Below, one piece after another: positions 31,598 to 45,782 of a stretch of 64,000 bases of DNA. Under the pieces are notes generated by a model. It was not told where the DNA came from and ran no database searches. It was given only the letters and a program-made list of their open reading frames with translations. The stretch is from assembly GCF_009914755.1 (NCBI RefSeq), contig NC_060925.1. One strand, written 5' to 3'. This DNA is from the human T2T-CHM13v2.0 reference genome, Homo sapiens. How positions within the stretch are numbered: the stretch's first letter is position 1; each line of letters opens with the position of its first letter. Both the position numbers and the translations under genes were made by a program.

Positions 31598-31959
31598 ATT
31601 GGAAAGAGAAATTGGGGGCTGAGACTTTAAAAATTATCATTTATGGATGCTACACATAGTTCATGTATTATCTCACTTAATCCTTAAAAGAGCCTCCCCC
31701 ATCCCTCTTTTTTTTTTTTTTTTTTTAAGCTGACTTTCCAAAATCTTGCGTAACTTGACTAGACCACATAATTAGCAAATGGTGGAGTCAGGATTTGAAC
31801 ACAGGTCATCTGACTTCAAACCCTGTATCCTTATTCACCATATTTATGGTAACACAGTTGACAAATTAGGATGGGCTAGATAAGATAGTGGCTACAGAGG
31901 TGGAGAGAATGGAACGAGAGATATTAGGTTGGTGAAGTTCTAGATGTTTTGTCATTAAA

Positions 31960-33321
31960 ATCAGAAACCAGATCAGGATAACCATTGTTATCAACATTTA
32001 AAAAACTCTTTTCCAAAAGTGCTAGGCATTGCAATTAGATAAGAAGATGAAACAGAAAGTATAAATGTTGGGAGAGAGGAGTAAATAATCATAGTTTGCA
32101 GATAAGATGATTATTTATCTGGAAAACTCAAGACAATATTCTGTAAAACAATCAGAAAAAATAGAGTTTAGTAAAATGGCCAGTAACAAAAAAATTTACA
32201 CAAACTAACAGTCTTTCTATTTATAAAATGACTATCTAGAAGGTAAAATAAAAGCTCCATCCATACTGTAAAACACAAACACAAAATACTCAGAAATAAA
32301 CTTTACAAAAAAGTGTGTAGCATTACATGAAGAAAACTCTTCTGAGTTTGAATAAATATGGTATATACCTAGTTCTTGAGTAGAAAGATTTAATGCTTTA
32401 AGGATGTCAATTCTCCTAAACAAATGTGTGAAATTAAGATAATCCAATCAAGATCCCAACAGGATTAGAATTTTTTTTGACAAAATAATTATGAAGCTAA
32501 TCTGGAAGAATACCAAATGAGAATAAGGAAAATTCCAAAAAAGAAAAATGATGAATATTTACTCTATCAGATATTAAAATGTTTTATAAAGGCACAATAT
32601 AATTAAAATTCTTGTCTAGGAATAGACAGACAGATCACTGGGACAGACTAGAGTCTAGAAATGGGCCCAGATATTTAAGGGAATTTTTGTTTGTTTTTGG
32701 AACAGAGTATCACTTTGTTGCCCAGGCTGGAGTTCAGTGGTGTGATCTTGGCTCACTGCAGCCTTGGCTTTTCGGGCTCAAGTGATCCTCCCACCTCAGC
32801 CTTCTGATTAGCTGGGACTACAGGTGCAGGCTACCACACCCAGCTAATTTTTTGGATTTTTTTGTAGAGATAGGGTTTTACCATGTTGCCCACATTGGTC
32901 TTGAACTCCTGGGCTCAAGCGATCTGCCACCTTGGCCTCCCAGTGTGCTGGGATTATAGGCATGAGCTATTGCACCCAGCCTTAAGGTATTTTTATATGA
33001 TAAAACAGCATTTTAATTGAGTTGGGAAAATATGGGCTATTTTATAAATGGCGTTGGGATAATGGGCCAGCCATAGCAACACTCCTTATTGGGGTAAGAA
33101 CTCTCTGACTTGGTCTAATAAGCTCAAGCCATGAAGACCACATGGCATAAATATGAGTGAATATTTTGATCATCTTAAGGTGGGGAAGATTCTTCTAAGT
33201 ATGACGTGATATTTGAAATCATAAAAGAAAAGATTGATAAATTTGACTATATGAAAATTAAACATTTAAGTACCTTAAAGAACATTATAAGAAAATTTTA
33301 AAAGAGGGGTATATACATATG

Positions 33322-33374
<53 letters not shown>

Positions 33375-34250
33375 CAACAGTTTAATTTTATTTCTAATGT
33401 ACAAAGAGCTCTTACAAATCATTAAGAAAAAGATAAATATCTCATTAGAAAAATGGGCAAAGGACATGAACAGGCAATTCACAAAGAAAATAACTACAAA
33501 TGCCTGAAAAAACAAAAAGACATTTATTTCCCCCTCCCTATAATCTTAGCAATGCCAATAGAAACAAGCATCATTTGCCTTCTGTTGATCTGGCCAAACA
33601 TTAAGGCTGACAAAACCCAGGCTTGATGAGGGTCTGGACTAATGTGTGGGCACGGTTGATGAGAATTTTGCTGTTGTAAGCTTTCTGAAGGACAGAGTGG
33701 CAAAATAGAAATAGCATACCCTTAATTGCAGCCATCTCATTTATTGGATTTTATTCTAAGGCAATTGTTGCAAAAATGAGCAAAGAGAATATGCACAAGG
33801 ATATTTATCACAACATTGTTTATGAGAACAAAATTCTCACAACATCCTTAAATGATCATCAGTAAAGACCCAGTTAAATAAAGTATGATACATATAATGG
33901 ACTACTATGAAGTAATTAAAATAATTTTGTAGAGCTCTATTTATTGACATAGAAAGATGTCTAGGACATATTGTTGAGAGAGAAAAGCAGGTGTCAGCGA
34001 GAACAGTATGTATAATACAATTCCTCGTCTATAAAATTATATACATAGATCTCTATGTGTATATATGCATAGAGATATGTCTGGAAGGCTGTTCACCAAA
34101 ATGCTTGGAGTGGTTGTATCTGGGAGGTAGGATTTTTACTTTCTTTTTTGTACTTTTAAGTATTGGTTAGATTTTTTTTTATAATGAAGATATATCATGT
34201 TTTTTAATCAGAACAAAGAATAATTCTATTTGTTGTAGCATTTTGGAAAT
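31960..34250 (+). mobile_element. Old L1M (ORF2 3' part and 3'UTR), fragmented
   Basis: A-rich; tttgcagataagatgattatttatctggaaaac, gaaaaatgggcaaaggacatgaacaggcaattcac (EKWAKDMNRQF, L1 ORF2-like); contains (TA)n at 33310-33372. Confidence 0.85.
32684..32981 (-). mobile_element. AluJ nested in L1M
   Basis: gggctcaagtgatcctcccacctcagcc; TSD-like ttaagg(g/t)a. Confidence 0.9.
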
Positions 34251-34914
34251 AAGGCAGATACTAAATAGGAGGAATCAGCATGTGGTGATTTAACAGATGT
34301 GGATAAGGAGTCAAGACATAAGCCAAGAATTTGCCCTTTGGTGCCCGGAAGCTTCATGCATCATGGCAAACCCAGAGCAAGAGTTGATGCTGGAGGAAGA
34401 AGGAGGCCCTGGGTTTTCAGAGCTTTGTTCTGTGGCAGTGGCTGGTGGGCAGTATGGCTGCCTCTTAGAAGGGGAGGGCTGGGGTGGGCTTTTCCCCAAG
34501 GACAGAGCTAGGGATGAAATCTCAGAGGGAGAGAGTGCATCGGCAGGTGCAGGAGAAAGCTGGAAACTGAGCCTGGAACACAGCCATGGTGACAAGACGG
34601 GTGAAGAAACAGGATGCGTGGTCAGGAAGGCGCGGGGCTACAGGAGCATGGAGTGTCTCAGGATTCCATGGGTGTGGGGGCGAATTTCTAGGGAAAGGTC
34701 AACCATATCTAATGATGCAAAGGCACGGAGGCTGGGGAAAGGGCACAGGACTTGACAAATAGGACCTTGTTGATGACCTTGGACCGAGCAGTTTCAGTGG
34801 AGGAATGAGGCTGTGCATTGTCGTGTGTGGGAGTAAGGGAGTTTGTTGTGGGAGAAAGGAGGATTTTAGCTTGGGGGAGCTGATTTAAGGGAAAGGGACT
34901 GAGCCTTGAATAGA

Positions 34915-35095
34915 GATGTCAATAACTGGCTCGTGTGCCTCCCTGCTCACTCCCCAGCCCTGGCAGGCATCACTAGTCATTCTGCCGAGCCCAGATGAAG
35001 CCATAAAATCTTTCTCCTAATAGCCAGCTCAGGGAGCCGCTACCAGGTTCTTGGAGTTGGCTGCTGAGATGAACCTATTTTCCATGCCTGGGCTT
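34915..35095. mobile_element. MER102-like hAT-Charlie element
   Basis: ggcaggcatcactagtca...tgagatgaacctattttccatgcctgg; a related copy in opposite orientation at about 40100-40250. Confidence 0.55.
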
Positions 35096-35439
35096 GAACA
35101 CACGCTTGCAGGATGATGAGAAGAAACACATGGAAGGGGCGACGGAAGGAGCAGGAAAGCCGAGGCCTGGTGGAGCCAGGGCCTCCCATCCATGCAGGCA
35201 TAGACGGTGAGCTCAGTCTGGTGAGACTTCCAGGCCAGAGCCTGGATGAGTGGAGCACTCTGCCAGTGAGTCTGAGCTGACCAAGCACTAGAACAAGAGA
35301 ACAAGTTCGTCCTTTTGGTGATGCTGTGAAAAAGCCCAACTGTGTGTGAACTACCAGTTGGTGTACAGATATTTGAGGACTCACCACGGCCCACCATCTG
35401 GCTGTCCAGAGAAAGCATCGTCAGCACTCTGTTGTCTGG

Positions 35440-36300
35440 AACACTGAGCATGGAGGGGTCTGCCTGTGGGTTCCAACTGCAGTGCCCGAGAACAGAACAA
35501 GGAGTTGTGGCTCAGTAGTGGCTTGTTGGGAAGACTTTTAAGGAATATACTCAGTGTGATTCGGCTGCTGGGCCTCTAATGGTGTTTTGATTGCATCAGT
35601 GGGAGCATGGGGTTCTGGATAGTGGAGATAAATGCTCTTTTGGACTCTCAGTGGCCAGAGCTTCTCTGGAGCAGTGGAGAGAGGCAGACACGCGGGCAGA
35701 GCTCACCCACAGAAAATGACCAGGGTCAGGGGAGGCTGGGCATCATGCCCATCTAGGAGAAATGCTCGAAGGAGCTCAGGCCAAGGAATTAGATGTTTGC
35801 TTTTAACCTGCCGAAGCAGTGCTTTCAAACACATTGTCCTTGGAATTTTAGTTTCTTGCAGTTGTTTCACAGAAAAGGGTTCTATGAGCAGATGTGTTCA
35901 GGAAATGCAGCACCCACAGCTCAGTGCACGTGAGTACAGTAAAGGCTTTGAGAAGTCCTGCAGCGAAGAAACTTGTTTAATGTAGCATTTTCTCAAGCTT
36001 ATTCAACTACAGAAGCTTTTTCAGTTCCATATCGATTTGCCTCCTGCAGGACTAGTGACGGACCTGGGGCAGAGGGAGCAGCGCATCCTGTGTGGTCCCA
36101 GACATACAGAATTGTTTGGGCAAATGTAAGAATGTTGCAAAGAGGCAAATTTTGGCTCAGTTCAAGGAAGAACTTTGAAAGCAATTGCAGATGTTTAACC
36201 CATGAAGGAGGTGGTAAAGGAATTTGAGTTCCCAGAGGCCTCAAGCAGAATGTGGACTTAGCAGGAATCCTGCAGAAGGAACCAGGTTCTAAGGGGTTGT
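35440..36300 (+). mobile_element. Ancient L3/CR1 LINE fragments with a nested hAT MITE (about 35860-36050)
   Basis: tcagtgtgattcggctgct...ttgcatcagtgggagcatgg; gaggcaaattttggctcagttcaaggaagaactttgaaagcaatt. Confidence 0.45.
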
Positions 36301-37559
36301 CATCATAGATTTCTGTGGTTCCATGAGTCCTGGAAGAGGGGCTCCTTGGCTGCCCCATAGTGGTACTCCTCCCTCAGAACCTGTGGCCTAGCTTGTATTG
36401 CTGTGTACGGCAGCCAGGCGGACTTGGAATGCTTGAAATGAGCAGTCTGCGAAGGTAAGATGTGAACACACGAATATCCTCATTAAGTCCCAAATACACA
36501 TCCCAAACTTTACATAACAGGAGCAGCAGCTGGAGACGCCCACAGCCCTAATTGCTTTTCTGTACTAAGAGAACGTCTTCTCTTCAGCTCTGCTTCTCCC
36601 ATTCATTTAGGTAATTACTGGAGGGAGCCAGCTGTGGAAGGCTGGCGGGCAGGCAGGCGCATTTGTGACACCACCTAATGGGTGCCGCCATGAGGATGGG
36701 GTGCCACGGGAGCTGGAGCCTGTCCGTGCTCTTCATGGGGAGTAGGATGCTGAGGATGGGAGGCCAGCTGCTCGGCTTCAGTCCTGATCTCAGTGGGCCC
36801 AAAGTGAGCTGCCGGGATGGAATGCCTCTCCTCCCAGGGACTTGACAAGCACGATTCCAAGAAAGGACAGATCCAGAGCCAGGTACAGGCATGGGGAGGG
36901 GAACGCATGGAAGAATCGACTCTGCTCAACGAATTGCTCAAGGTGCTTTCTCTGAATCTCATGTTGGGCTGGGGCACTGAGGCCGATCAATCAGGAAGAG
37001 CCCACTCTCTAAGCTCACAGGTCAGGGGAGGAAGCAGTCATGGGCCAGAAAGGGCTGGGATCAAAGGAAGCTATCAGGACTGGGGTGTGCAGAGGACACA
37101 GAGACTGACTCTGTCTTGGTGACAGGGAATCTGGGAAGATGTCTTGGAATAAGAGATAGTAGGATTGGGCCTTGGAAGTGTGTATGACCCTGCAGTTGGT
37201 GATCCCTTCTGCAAAATGGGGCCAAGGAAAACTTCCAGGCCCCAAAGTGACATCTGGTTTGTCCCCTTGCTTCCTGGTCCCTAGTAACAACCTGGGACTC
37301 ATGAGGATCCTCTTGAGGTTTCTTTAAGGCAGTCCTGAGCATGGGGCTCGCAGCTGGAGCCAGCCTGGAACCTGGGCCCTTGGTGGTTGGCCAGGGTGGG
37401 TGCCCTGGAAGAGTCAGCTTTGAGCCTGTCTTCAGAGGGGCCCTAGGGAGGGCTGTGGCCTAGGCGCTCTGCCCACCAGGCTTCCTGTGGGTGGCAAGTG
37501 AAACTTTTCCTCTTGGTTCTCTCCCAGAAGCCAGCTTCATTCCCCCAGCCCCAAGTGGC

Positions 37560-37920
37560 GGCTCCTTGGGCCGGAAACAATGTGCTTTCTCCACGCCTTA
37601 GAGTGGAAGTCAGCAGTTTGGCACCGTCTGGCTGGCAGCCTCCACCGGCTTCCTTTGGCACTTTATTGGCAAAGGCGGTGACATTTCTTTCAGTTGGGTG
37701 GGTGGAGCTGTTATGCAAACTCCCGCTCTCCTCATTCGCCAGATGAATATTCATGACTCAGGCAATCTGTACCAGCCAGACTTTCCTGAGGGCGGCAGCT
37801 TTTCTTCTCTTCCTCTCTCTCTTTTTCTTTCTCCTTCTCTCCTTCCCAGCTCTTTGGAAAGCTGAAGTGCAGCTATATTTAATTTACAAATACAGAGCCA
37901 TTTAGCTTGCCTTTTGAGAT
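37560..37920. promoter_or_regulatory. Candidate enhancer with a perfect MORE-type POU palindrome and an AP-1 site
   Basis: ATGAATATTCAT 37743-37754 overlapping TGACTCA 37754-37760; ttatgcaaa and ctttattgg nearby; repeat-free. Confidence 0.5.
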
Positions 37921-38479
37921 GCAGGCACTGGGGAGGAGGTGCTGGGGAATGGGAACAGTGGTTGAGGAGTTTGGTCCTGACCCTGTGCCTCTAAGCTCCA
38001 GTGTCCAGCCCCTGGGCCCTAGATCCTGGGAAGCTTTGGGAGTCTGGAGCTTCTTTGAGCTTGGCCTCTTGGGGCCTTCAGGGATGAAGGTACAGCAGCT
38101 CACGCCACCCCATTCCACACTGGCCTCTGAGGTCAACATGGAAATTCTCAGGCAATGATGCTTTCCTGCAATTCATGGCCTGGGACCCACCAATACATCT
38201 TCTCCCGCTCTGCTCTCCCGTTTGTCAAGGCCCACCCAGATCCTGCTCCAAGCTCTAGGTGGAAGCCCAGAAGGCACTGGAGCATTTGCTAGTCATTGGC
38301 TTTCCGGGGAAAGAAATAATCCTTGTTTGGGGTCCAATTCCTTGGGGATACATTACTCCCTTTCTAGGAAGGACAGGTCCCTAGTTTCCTTTGTCTCTTC
38401 CCAAAGAGGCACCAAGAACTCTGGCAGAGGGGTCAGAATTACCAGAATTTGCCAGGAAATGTGGTCTTAGCAAGGATGT

Positions 38480-38850
38480 GCTTGCGTGAGCACGTCTTGT
38501 GTGTGTGTATGTAAATATTTACGCACAGCTTAAGTGAGTCTGTGTGCCTACATCTATGTTCAAGTGTCTGAGTGTGTGTCTGTATGTGTAAGGGCGTGAA
38601 TGTGTGTGTCGCGGGAAGTCTGGGAATGCTTGCATATGTGCGAATGTGCCTCTCCAGTTCGCGTTGCGTGTGTACCTTTGGGGGGACTGGGGATATCGTG
38701 TGTAAATACGGGTGTTCCTGGGGGGCCCAGACGTGTATGCGAGTGTGTACGTCTATTAAGTGAATTGTAGGTGTGTGTAAAATGAGAGTCTGGAGGAGAG
38801 AAAGAGAGAGTGTGCATGTGTGTGTGTGTGAGTGTGTGTGTTAGGGTGTG
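38480..38850. repeat. TG-rich low-complexity tract
   Basis: Degenerate (TG)n. Confidence 0.75.
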
Positions 38851-39259
38851 TTTCCCTGACCTCCATTTCCTCCCAAACCTTTTCCTCTCCAGGAAGGTGG
38901 AGGGGGACGTTTCCCCCTTTGCAAGTGTTACAGATTCTATCCGAGGACGTGAACAGAAGGTTTCCCAGCACAGAGCGTCCTGAAATTACTTTATATTCCC
39001 CCCCTCCTTGTTTCATCTAATCAAAATAGCAGCATTAGGCTCACCCATTCTCCCTGCCCACCCCTCAGCCCTGGGGGAGGGAGCGAGGCGGGCGGGCCAT
39101 CTTGCCTGACCCCCTTTGAGAGCACCTTGCAGGCCTGAGCCAAGGAGCTGTCTTCCAAATCTCCTCTTTCCTCAGCGGCCCATGCTTCAGTGGCAAGAGC
39201 CAGCTGCCTCCCTGCCTGCCAGCAACTGCCAAGCTCTTCCAGAACCCACATCTAGGCCC

Positions 39260-39365
39260 GGCCTCATTTACAAATATGCAAATTTGCATCTTTTCTGGTA
39301 TGCAAATGGAGACATGACAAATAGCTAATTAGGGTCAAAAGAAGCACTCTGAACCAATTAGTTGT
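39260..39365. promoter_or_regulatory. Triple octamer cluster (candidate POU-bound enhancer)
   Basis: ATGCAAATTTGCAT 39276-39289 (two overlapping inverted octamers), ATGCAAAT 39300-39307, ctaattag and agggtca downstream. Confidence 0.55.
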
Positions 39366-39566
39366 AGGGTCTATCCCTTTCTCCTGGGAGAAGACTGGGC
39401 CTTCCTGCTCCCTTCCCAGCACTGACTCCCAAATGCCCACACACTCTGGCATCCTGTCTGGCTGGGGCCCTGACTGTGAAGAGCACTGAAACAGACGTCA
39501 GTGCATGGGCCTCAGTCTTACCTCTGACCTAGCTATGTTACCCTGGACTCATTTGACTGAGCCTCA

Positions 39567-39983
<417 letters not shown>

Positions 39984-40989
39984 GAAAACTGTACTACAAT
40001 TTGTCTGATAGGCACATCACTTGTAATCTTACAAAGTACTTTCTGCCCTTGATCTCATTTAATCGTCCCATCAACCCTCTGAATTAGATGAATTCAATGT
40101 AGGGATAGGATGGCAGTAGGTTTCATTCCACATGCCAACTCTGGCCAAGTATGAATGGTGCTTGGAGTGGTGTGTTGAGAAGGATTCAGAGGCCAAGTCT
40201 AAATTCACCAAAAAAGAGACTGTGAGCTCTTAGTGACATTTCCCATGGGCAAGTGTTTGGATTCTGGGAGGTCATGTGCTGCATACTTACCTACCTGAAA
40301 GATATGGAATTTGGAGCAGGAACCTGGGTTCCAGTCCTGTCTGCTCCCTTGATTAAGTTACTTATCCTTCCTTGGCTCAGCTTCCTAGTATAAAGCAGGG
40401 AAAATAAAACCTATGTCTTTGGGTTATTGTAAAGATTAGGCAAGGGAAACTTAGGCAAAATCTCTTTGTCATCTGAGAGGGGATGTCCATTTAATTGGCA
40501 TGTCAGTAGGGCAGGCATATTGTCCATTTCACAGGTGAGGAGCTTGAGGCCTGGAGAGGGTGGATGACCTGAAGAAGAAGCTGGCAGCATCACCAGGCAG
40601 GGCTGCATGGCAACTGGGGCTGCTTCTCTCTCTGCCACTACAGGATCCTGGCTCCCTCACACCACCCCCATGCTGATGCCCCACACGGGCTGCAACAAGC
40701 CCTGCTGGCCTGGCTCCATTTCTGGGTGTGAAATTTGGCTGAGTCGGCACCTGGTAGAATGGAGCAATTGCTATCCTGGAGCCTGGGGCCTGGGACAGGG
40801 CCAATGCGCAGACCAAGGGTTGATGGGCGGATCTGACCAAGGGTTGGTGGGTGGGCCTGGCGGGCTTGGCCAGGGAACTCGCCAAAGCTGGGCAGCTGGC
40901 AGGAGTGGGGCAGGAGAGGGCCTGGCTTGAGGACAGCCACTCAGGGAAGCTGAGACCCAGGGCCTAAGCTCAAAACAGAGCCCAGCAGC

Positions 40990-41910
40990 ATGAGTGTCTG
41001 CCTGGTTGCTGGCGTGCCTGAGCATGTCGGCCGGTGTCTCCGAGCTTGTCTTTGTGTGTGTGCACGTGTCTAAGGGTATGCTGGGTGCGTGTGTTCTTAT
41101 AAATGAGTGTGCATGTCTATCAGTGCAAGAGCTGGTGCACCCATGTAGTTGTGCACATCTGTGTACCAAGGTGTGTCTGTGTCAGTGTGAGCCTACACAT
41201 CTGTGTATAAGCAAACTTCTTGCATGCATACATCTGTCAGTATCCGTGTGTGTCTGTGCATTTCTGCCTGTATCTGCAAATGTCTGCTTGTGCACTGTCC
41301 ATGCAGGTAGGTCCACACTGGTGTGTGTCTGATGACCTCTGTCAGTATCTGCAGACATGAGTCTGTGCTTTCTGTTAGCATCTGTGCAAGTGTCATCTAC
41401 GTCTATGAGCATGTTTGTTCTTTCCAGTGCCTCTATGTGTCTTGTACCTGTATGTAAATCTGTCCATGCCTGTCGTGAGTGTCTCTGCAGCTGTGCCTGT
41501 ATGTTGGTGTATTTTGCAGTGTGTACATCTAGTGAGGGTATTGGTATTCACTTCAGGATGCAGGCATGGCTGTCTCAGGGTGAGCAGGATGGAATCTTCC
41601 CTGTGTCTGCAGTGGCTCCCGGTCATCACTTCCATCTTTGCGCTGTGGCTGAGGCCTCCTGGACTCTCATGTTCCTTTCCTCTGCTTGAAGGGAAGCTTT
41701 GCTCAAGGTTTCCCAGGGTGCTGCCTCTGACAGGACCAGGCCCTGGTGTCCCTGAAGGAGGACCCGCTTTGCCCTTTGGACTTGTTTATCCCTCCCCTCA
41801 CTCTTTCCTCCTCTCATCTCCTTTCCTTTTTCTTTTCTTCCTTCCATTCCTCATCCTTGTCCCTTTTTTCTCTCCCTCTTTCTTTCCTTCTCTCCTTCCT
41901 TCCTTTTTTG
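40990..41910. repeat. TG-rich low-complexity tract and pyrimidine-rich (CTTT/CCTT) tract at 41790-41910
   Basis: Direct inspection. Confidence 0.7.
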
Positions 41911-43032
41911 CAACTCGCTTGAAGAGACTGGGTCTTGGGCTGCTGCGGGAGTGACAAATGACGTTTCAGAAGCCACACTTCAACCTCTGGAGAGGGGTCC
42001 CCACTCCCGCCCCCATGCAGATGCAGCTCCAGAGCCACCCAGTCTCCGGGGGCTCTGTAAATTAAAGCCATTGCATGCCCCATTGCATTTTAATCATCAG
42101 CCCCCAGCAGTAGCTCCGAGTGAGAACCCATGACCTTTTCTCCTTCCCTTTTGAGGAGCCCTCTCCCACCGCTCCTACACTGCTGGTAAAAGGCAGCCGC
42201 ACTGCCTGCTGGAAGACCTGCCAGCTTGGGCTTCAGAGCACTTCTGCCTCAGATCCACGACGATCCCTTCTGTCATCGTGGGACCTTTCCTGGGATTTGA
42301 TTTAGGGCGACGCTTCCTCCTGTCTGTGTCCTGAGTCCTGCCTTCCCTGGCTGGTCCTCTTTGCTTAGTCACCCAGATCATTCCCAGACAGCTGCGCCCT
42401 GGATATGGCTCCTCTCATGTGCTGCCTGGAAATGTCTCCTCTCTTCTCACCTGCTGAGAGGTCCTTCTGGGCAGGGACTCGGGCAGATTCATTCCTGCCT
42501 GCCCCACATTTCCCTAGCCCAGGGCCTGGCCTGTTGCAGTGCTGAAGGATGATTCTGGTAAGAAACAAGGTACTCCAGCTCACATCTTGCAATGATTATG
42601 CCTCCCCCACTCTCCCTTCTCCTTGCAGTTCTCTCTCTTCACTGATGATTTTGGATGCAATTTAAAATAAAAATATTGATTAAAAATGGAAACTATATAA
42701 ATAAAAATAAAAACACTTAACATCAATGTGTCATTTGAGCTTTAACATAAAGAGAAAACATGTGAAGGTGACAATTTGTGGACAATTCCAAATTAGCATG
42801 AAGTTCTCAGCTGGTAAGTATCTTGACTTTTTTCCCCTCTCTTGGGGTCTGTGGAATCCTGACCAGGCATGTGGTGCAGTAGAATGGGAGGAACTTGGCT
42901 TCGGCCTTGATAAGCCTGGGTTGAATCTTCCACTTATGGGCTTTCTGAAGCTCAGTTTCCTTATCTGTGTAATGGGGAGAAAGACCCTACTTCATGGCGT
43001 GATTGTGAGGCTGATAGAAAAGGGCACACAGG

Positions 43033-43314
43033 GGCCAGGCCCAGTGGCTCATGCCTGCAATCCCAGCACTTTGGGAGGCCGAGGCAGGAGGAGTTCGAGA
43101 CCAGCCTGGCCAACATGGTGAAACCCTGTCTCTACTAAAAATACAAAAATTAGCTGGGCATGGTGGTGGGTGCCTGTAGTCCCAGCTACTCAGGAGGCCG
43201 AGGCACGAGAATTGCTTGAACACAGGAGGCAGAGGTTGTAGTGAGCCAAGACTGTATCACTGCATTCCAGCCTGGGCAACAGAGTGAGACTCCATCTTAA
43301 AAAAAAAAAAAAAA
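43033..43314 (+). mobile_element. Alu (AluS) with a short left-arm deletion
   Basis: gaggcaggaggagttcgagacc lacks the ggatcacctgaggtc segment; A tail. Confidence 0.95.
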
Positions 43315-44310
<996 letters not shown>

Positions 44311-45129
44311 GCTCATCATTTTGGAGGGTGCCAAAACATAGGAGCAGCTATCTTCCAACTTGGGCAATCAGAGGTGAGAATTCTGCAATTCTGAAAGGGC
44401 ATTATTTCAGCATTACTTTGTTAGGGAGGCAGTGGGGGCCCTTGGGAGGAAACCCCATGGTCCTTCCGCTTGGGGCAACCAGCTCAGGAGGAAGTACCAT
44501 GTGCTGGTTCCCAACTCAGCGGGAGAGTCAACAGTGTGTTCTCGTGGGCCAGCCAGGCATCAGGGATCCTGCTCCCTGGAAGCCTCTCTGTGAGCTCCCT
44601 GCCCCGTGGCTGCAAGCATATCCGAGGCTAAGGCGGGCCTTCCAGGAGGCTCACACTCAGCCAGGCTTCTCTGTGGAGGTAAGGGCACCAGAACCCGGAA
44701 TAAACTTGTACTAAGGTAGGTATTTTAGCTGGTGCTGGAAAGTTGGGGGAGGATTAGCTACCAGAAGAGCACGGGCCGGGCACTGCAGGCCCAGGGAGCA
44801 GCGCGGGCAGAGCCGAGCATGTAGGAGGCTCTTGGTGCACTGGCTGGGGAGGGACAGGCAGCGAGTTGTGGCTGGAACGTGTCTACTTACCTGCGAGAAC
44901 CTCCTGAAGCCAGGATTGAGTCTGCTCCATGTTTGCCTGCCCCTGTAGTGCTTACAATGGTGCCTGGCCCTCGCAGGTGCCCTTGACGTCCGCTGTGTGG
45001 CCTGTTCAGCTCAGGCCAGGAGTCTAGGAATTGGGTGGTCTAGGCACCTCTGATGGTGCAGATCAGACCTCAGAACAGGCCTTGGAGAAGACAGGGGTTG
45101 GGGGGTTTGGCTGGGAAAATGGTCTAATC

Positions 45130-45207
45130 TATTTGGTTGTTGCAAAAATAATTGCAGTCTTGCCATTAACTTTGGTAAAACTGCAATTACTTTTGCACCA
45201 ACCTAAT
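45130..45207. mobile_element. MADE1 (Hsmar1-derived mariner MITE)
   Basis: About 80-bp palindrome tttggttgttgcaaaaataattgcag...ctgcaattacttttgcaccaacctaa. Confidence 0.9.
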
Positions 45208-45460
45208 TCCTTTATTTTATTTTTCTTTCCTTTTCTTTTTTTAAACAATGTTTTGTAATCTACCTTTATTTTAAAAGTAGTTTCTTCCAAGATTGGCACA
45301 AGGGTTTCTCCAGAGCTAGAGATGAACCCAGGTCATAATGATCTCCCTAGTCTGGACACATTCATGGCTAAATATGGCTTTGTCTGGATTTTAGAACAGG
45401 GTTCTTTACTTTTTTTTTTTTTTAAATGCCATGAACTTCTTTAGCAGTCTTCTAGAGTAG

Positions 45461-45782
<322 letters not shown>

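Noticed and set aside
33319-33507. Peptide containing EKWAKDMNRQFTK
   Set aside because: Remnant of decayed L1 ORF2 with stops and frameshifts; covered by the L1M feature
40810-40860. gaccaagggttg repeated 24 bp apart
   Set aside because: Ordinary short tandem duplication with no further structure
42055-42715. ATTAAA/AATAAA signals as the 3' end of the MIR3659 host lncRNA
   Set aside because: Hexamers alone are too common; host-gene exon structure cannot be derived from sequence
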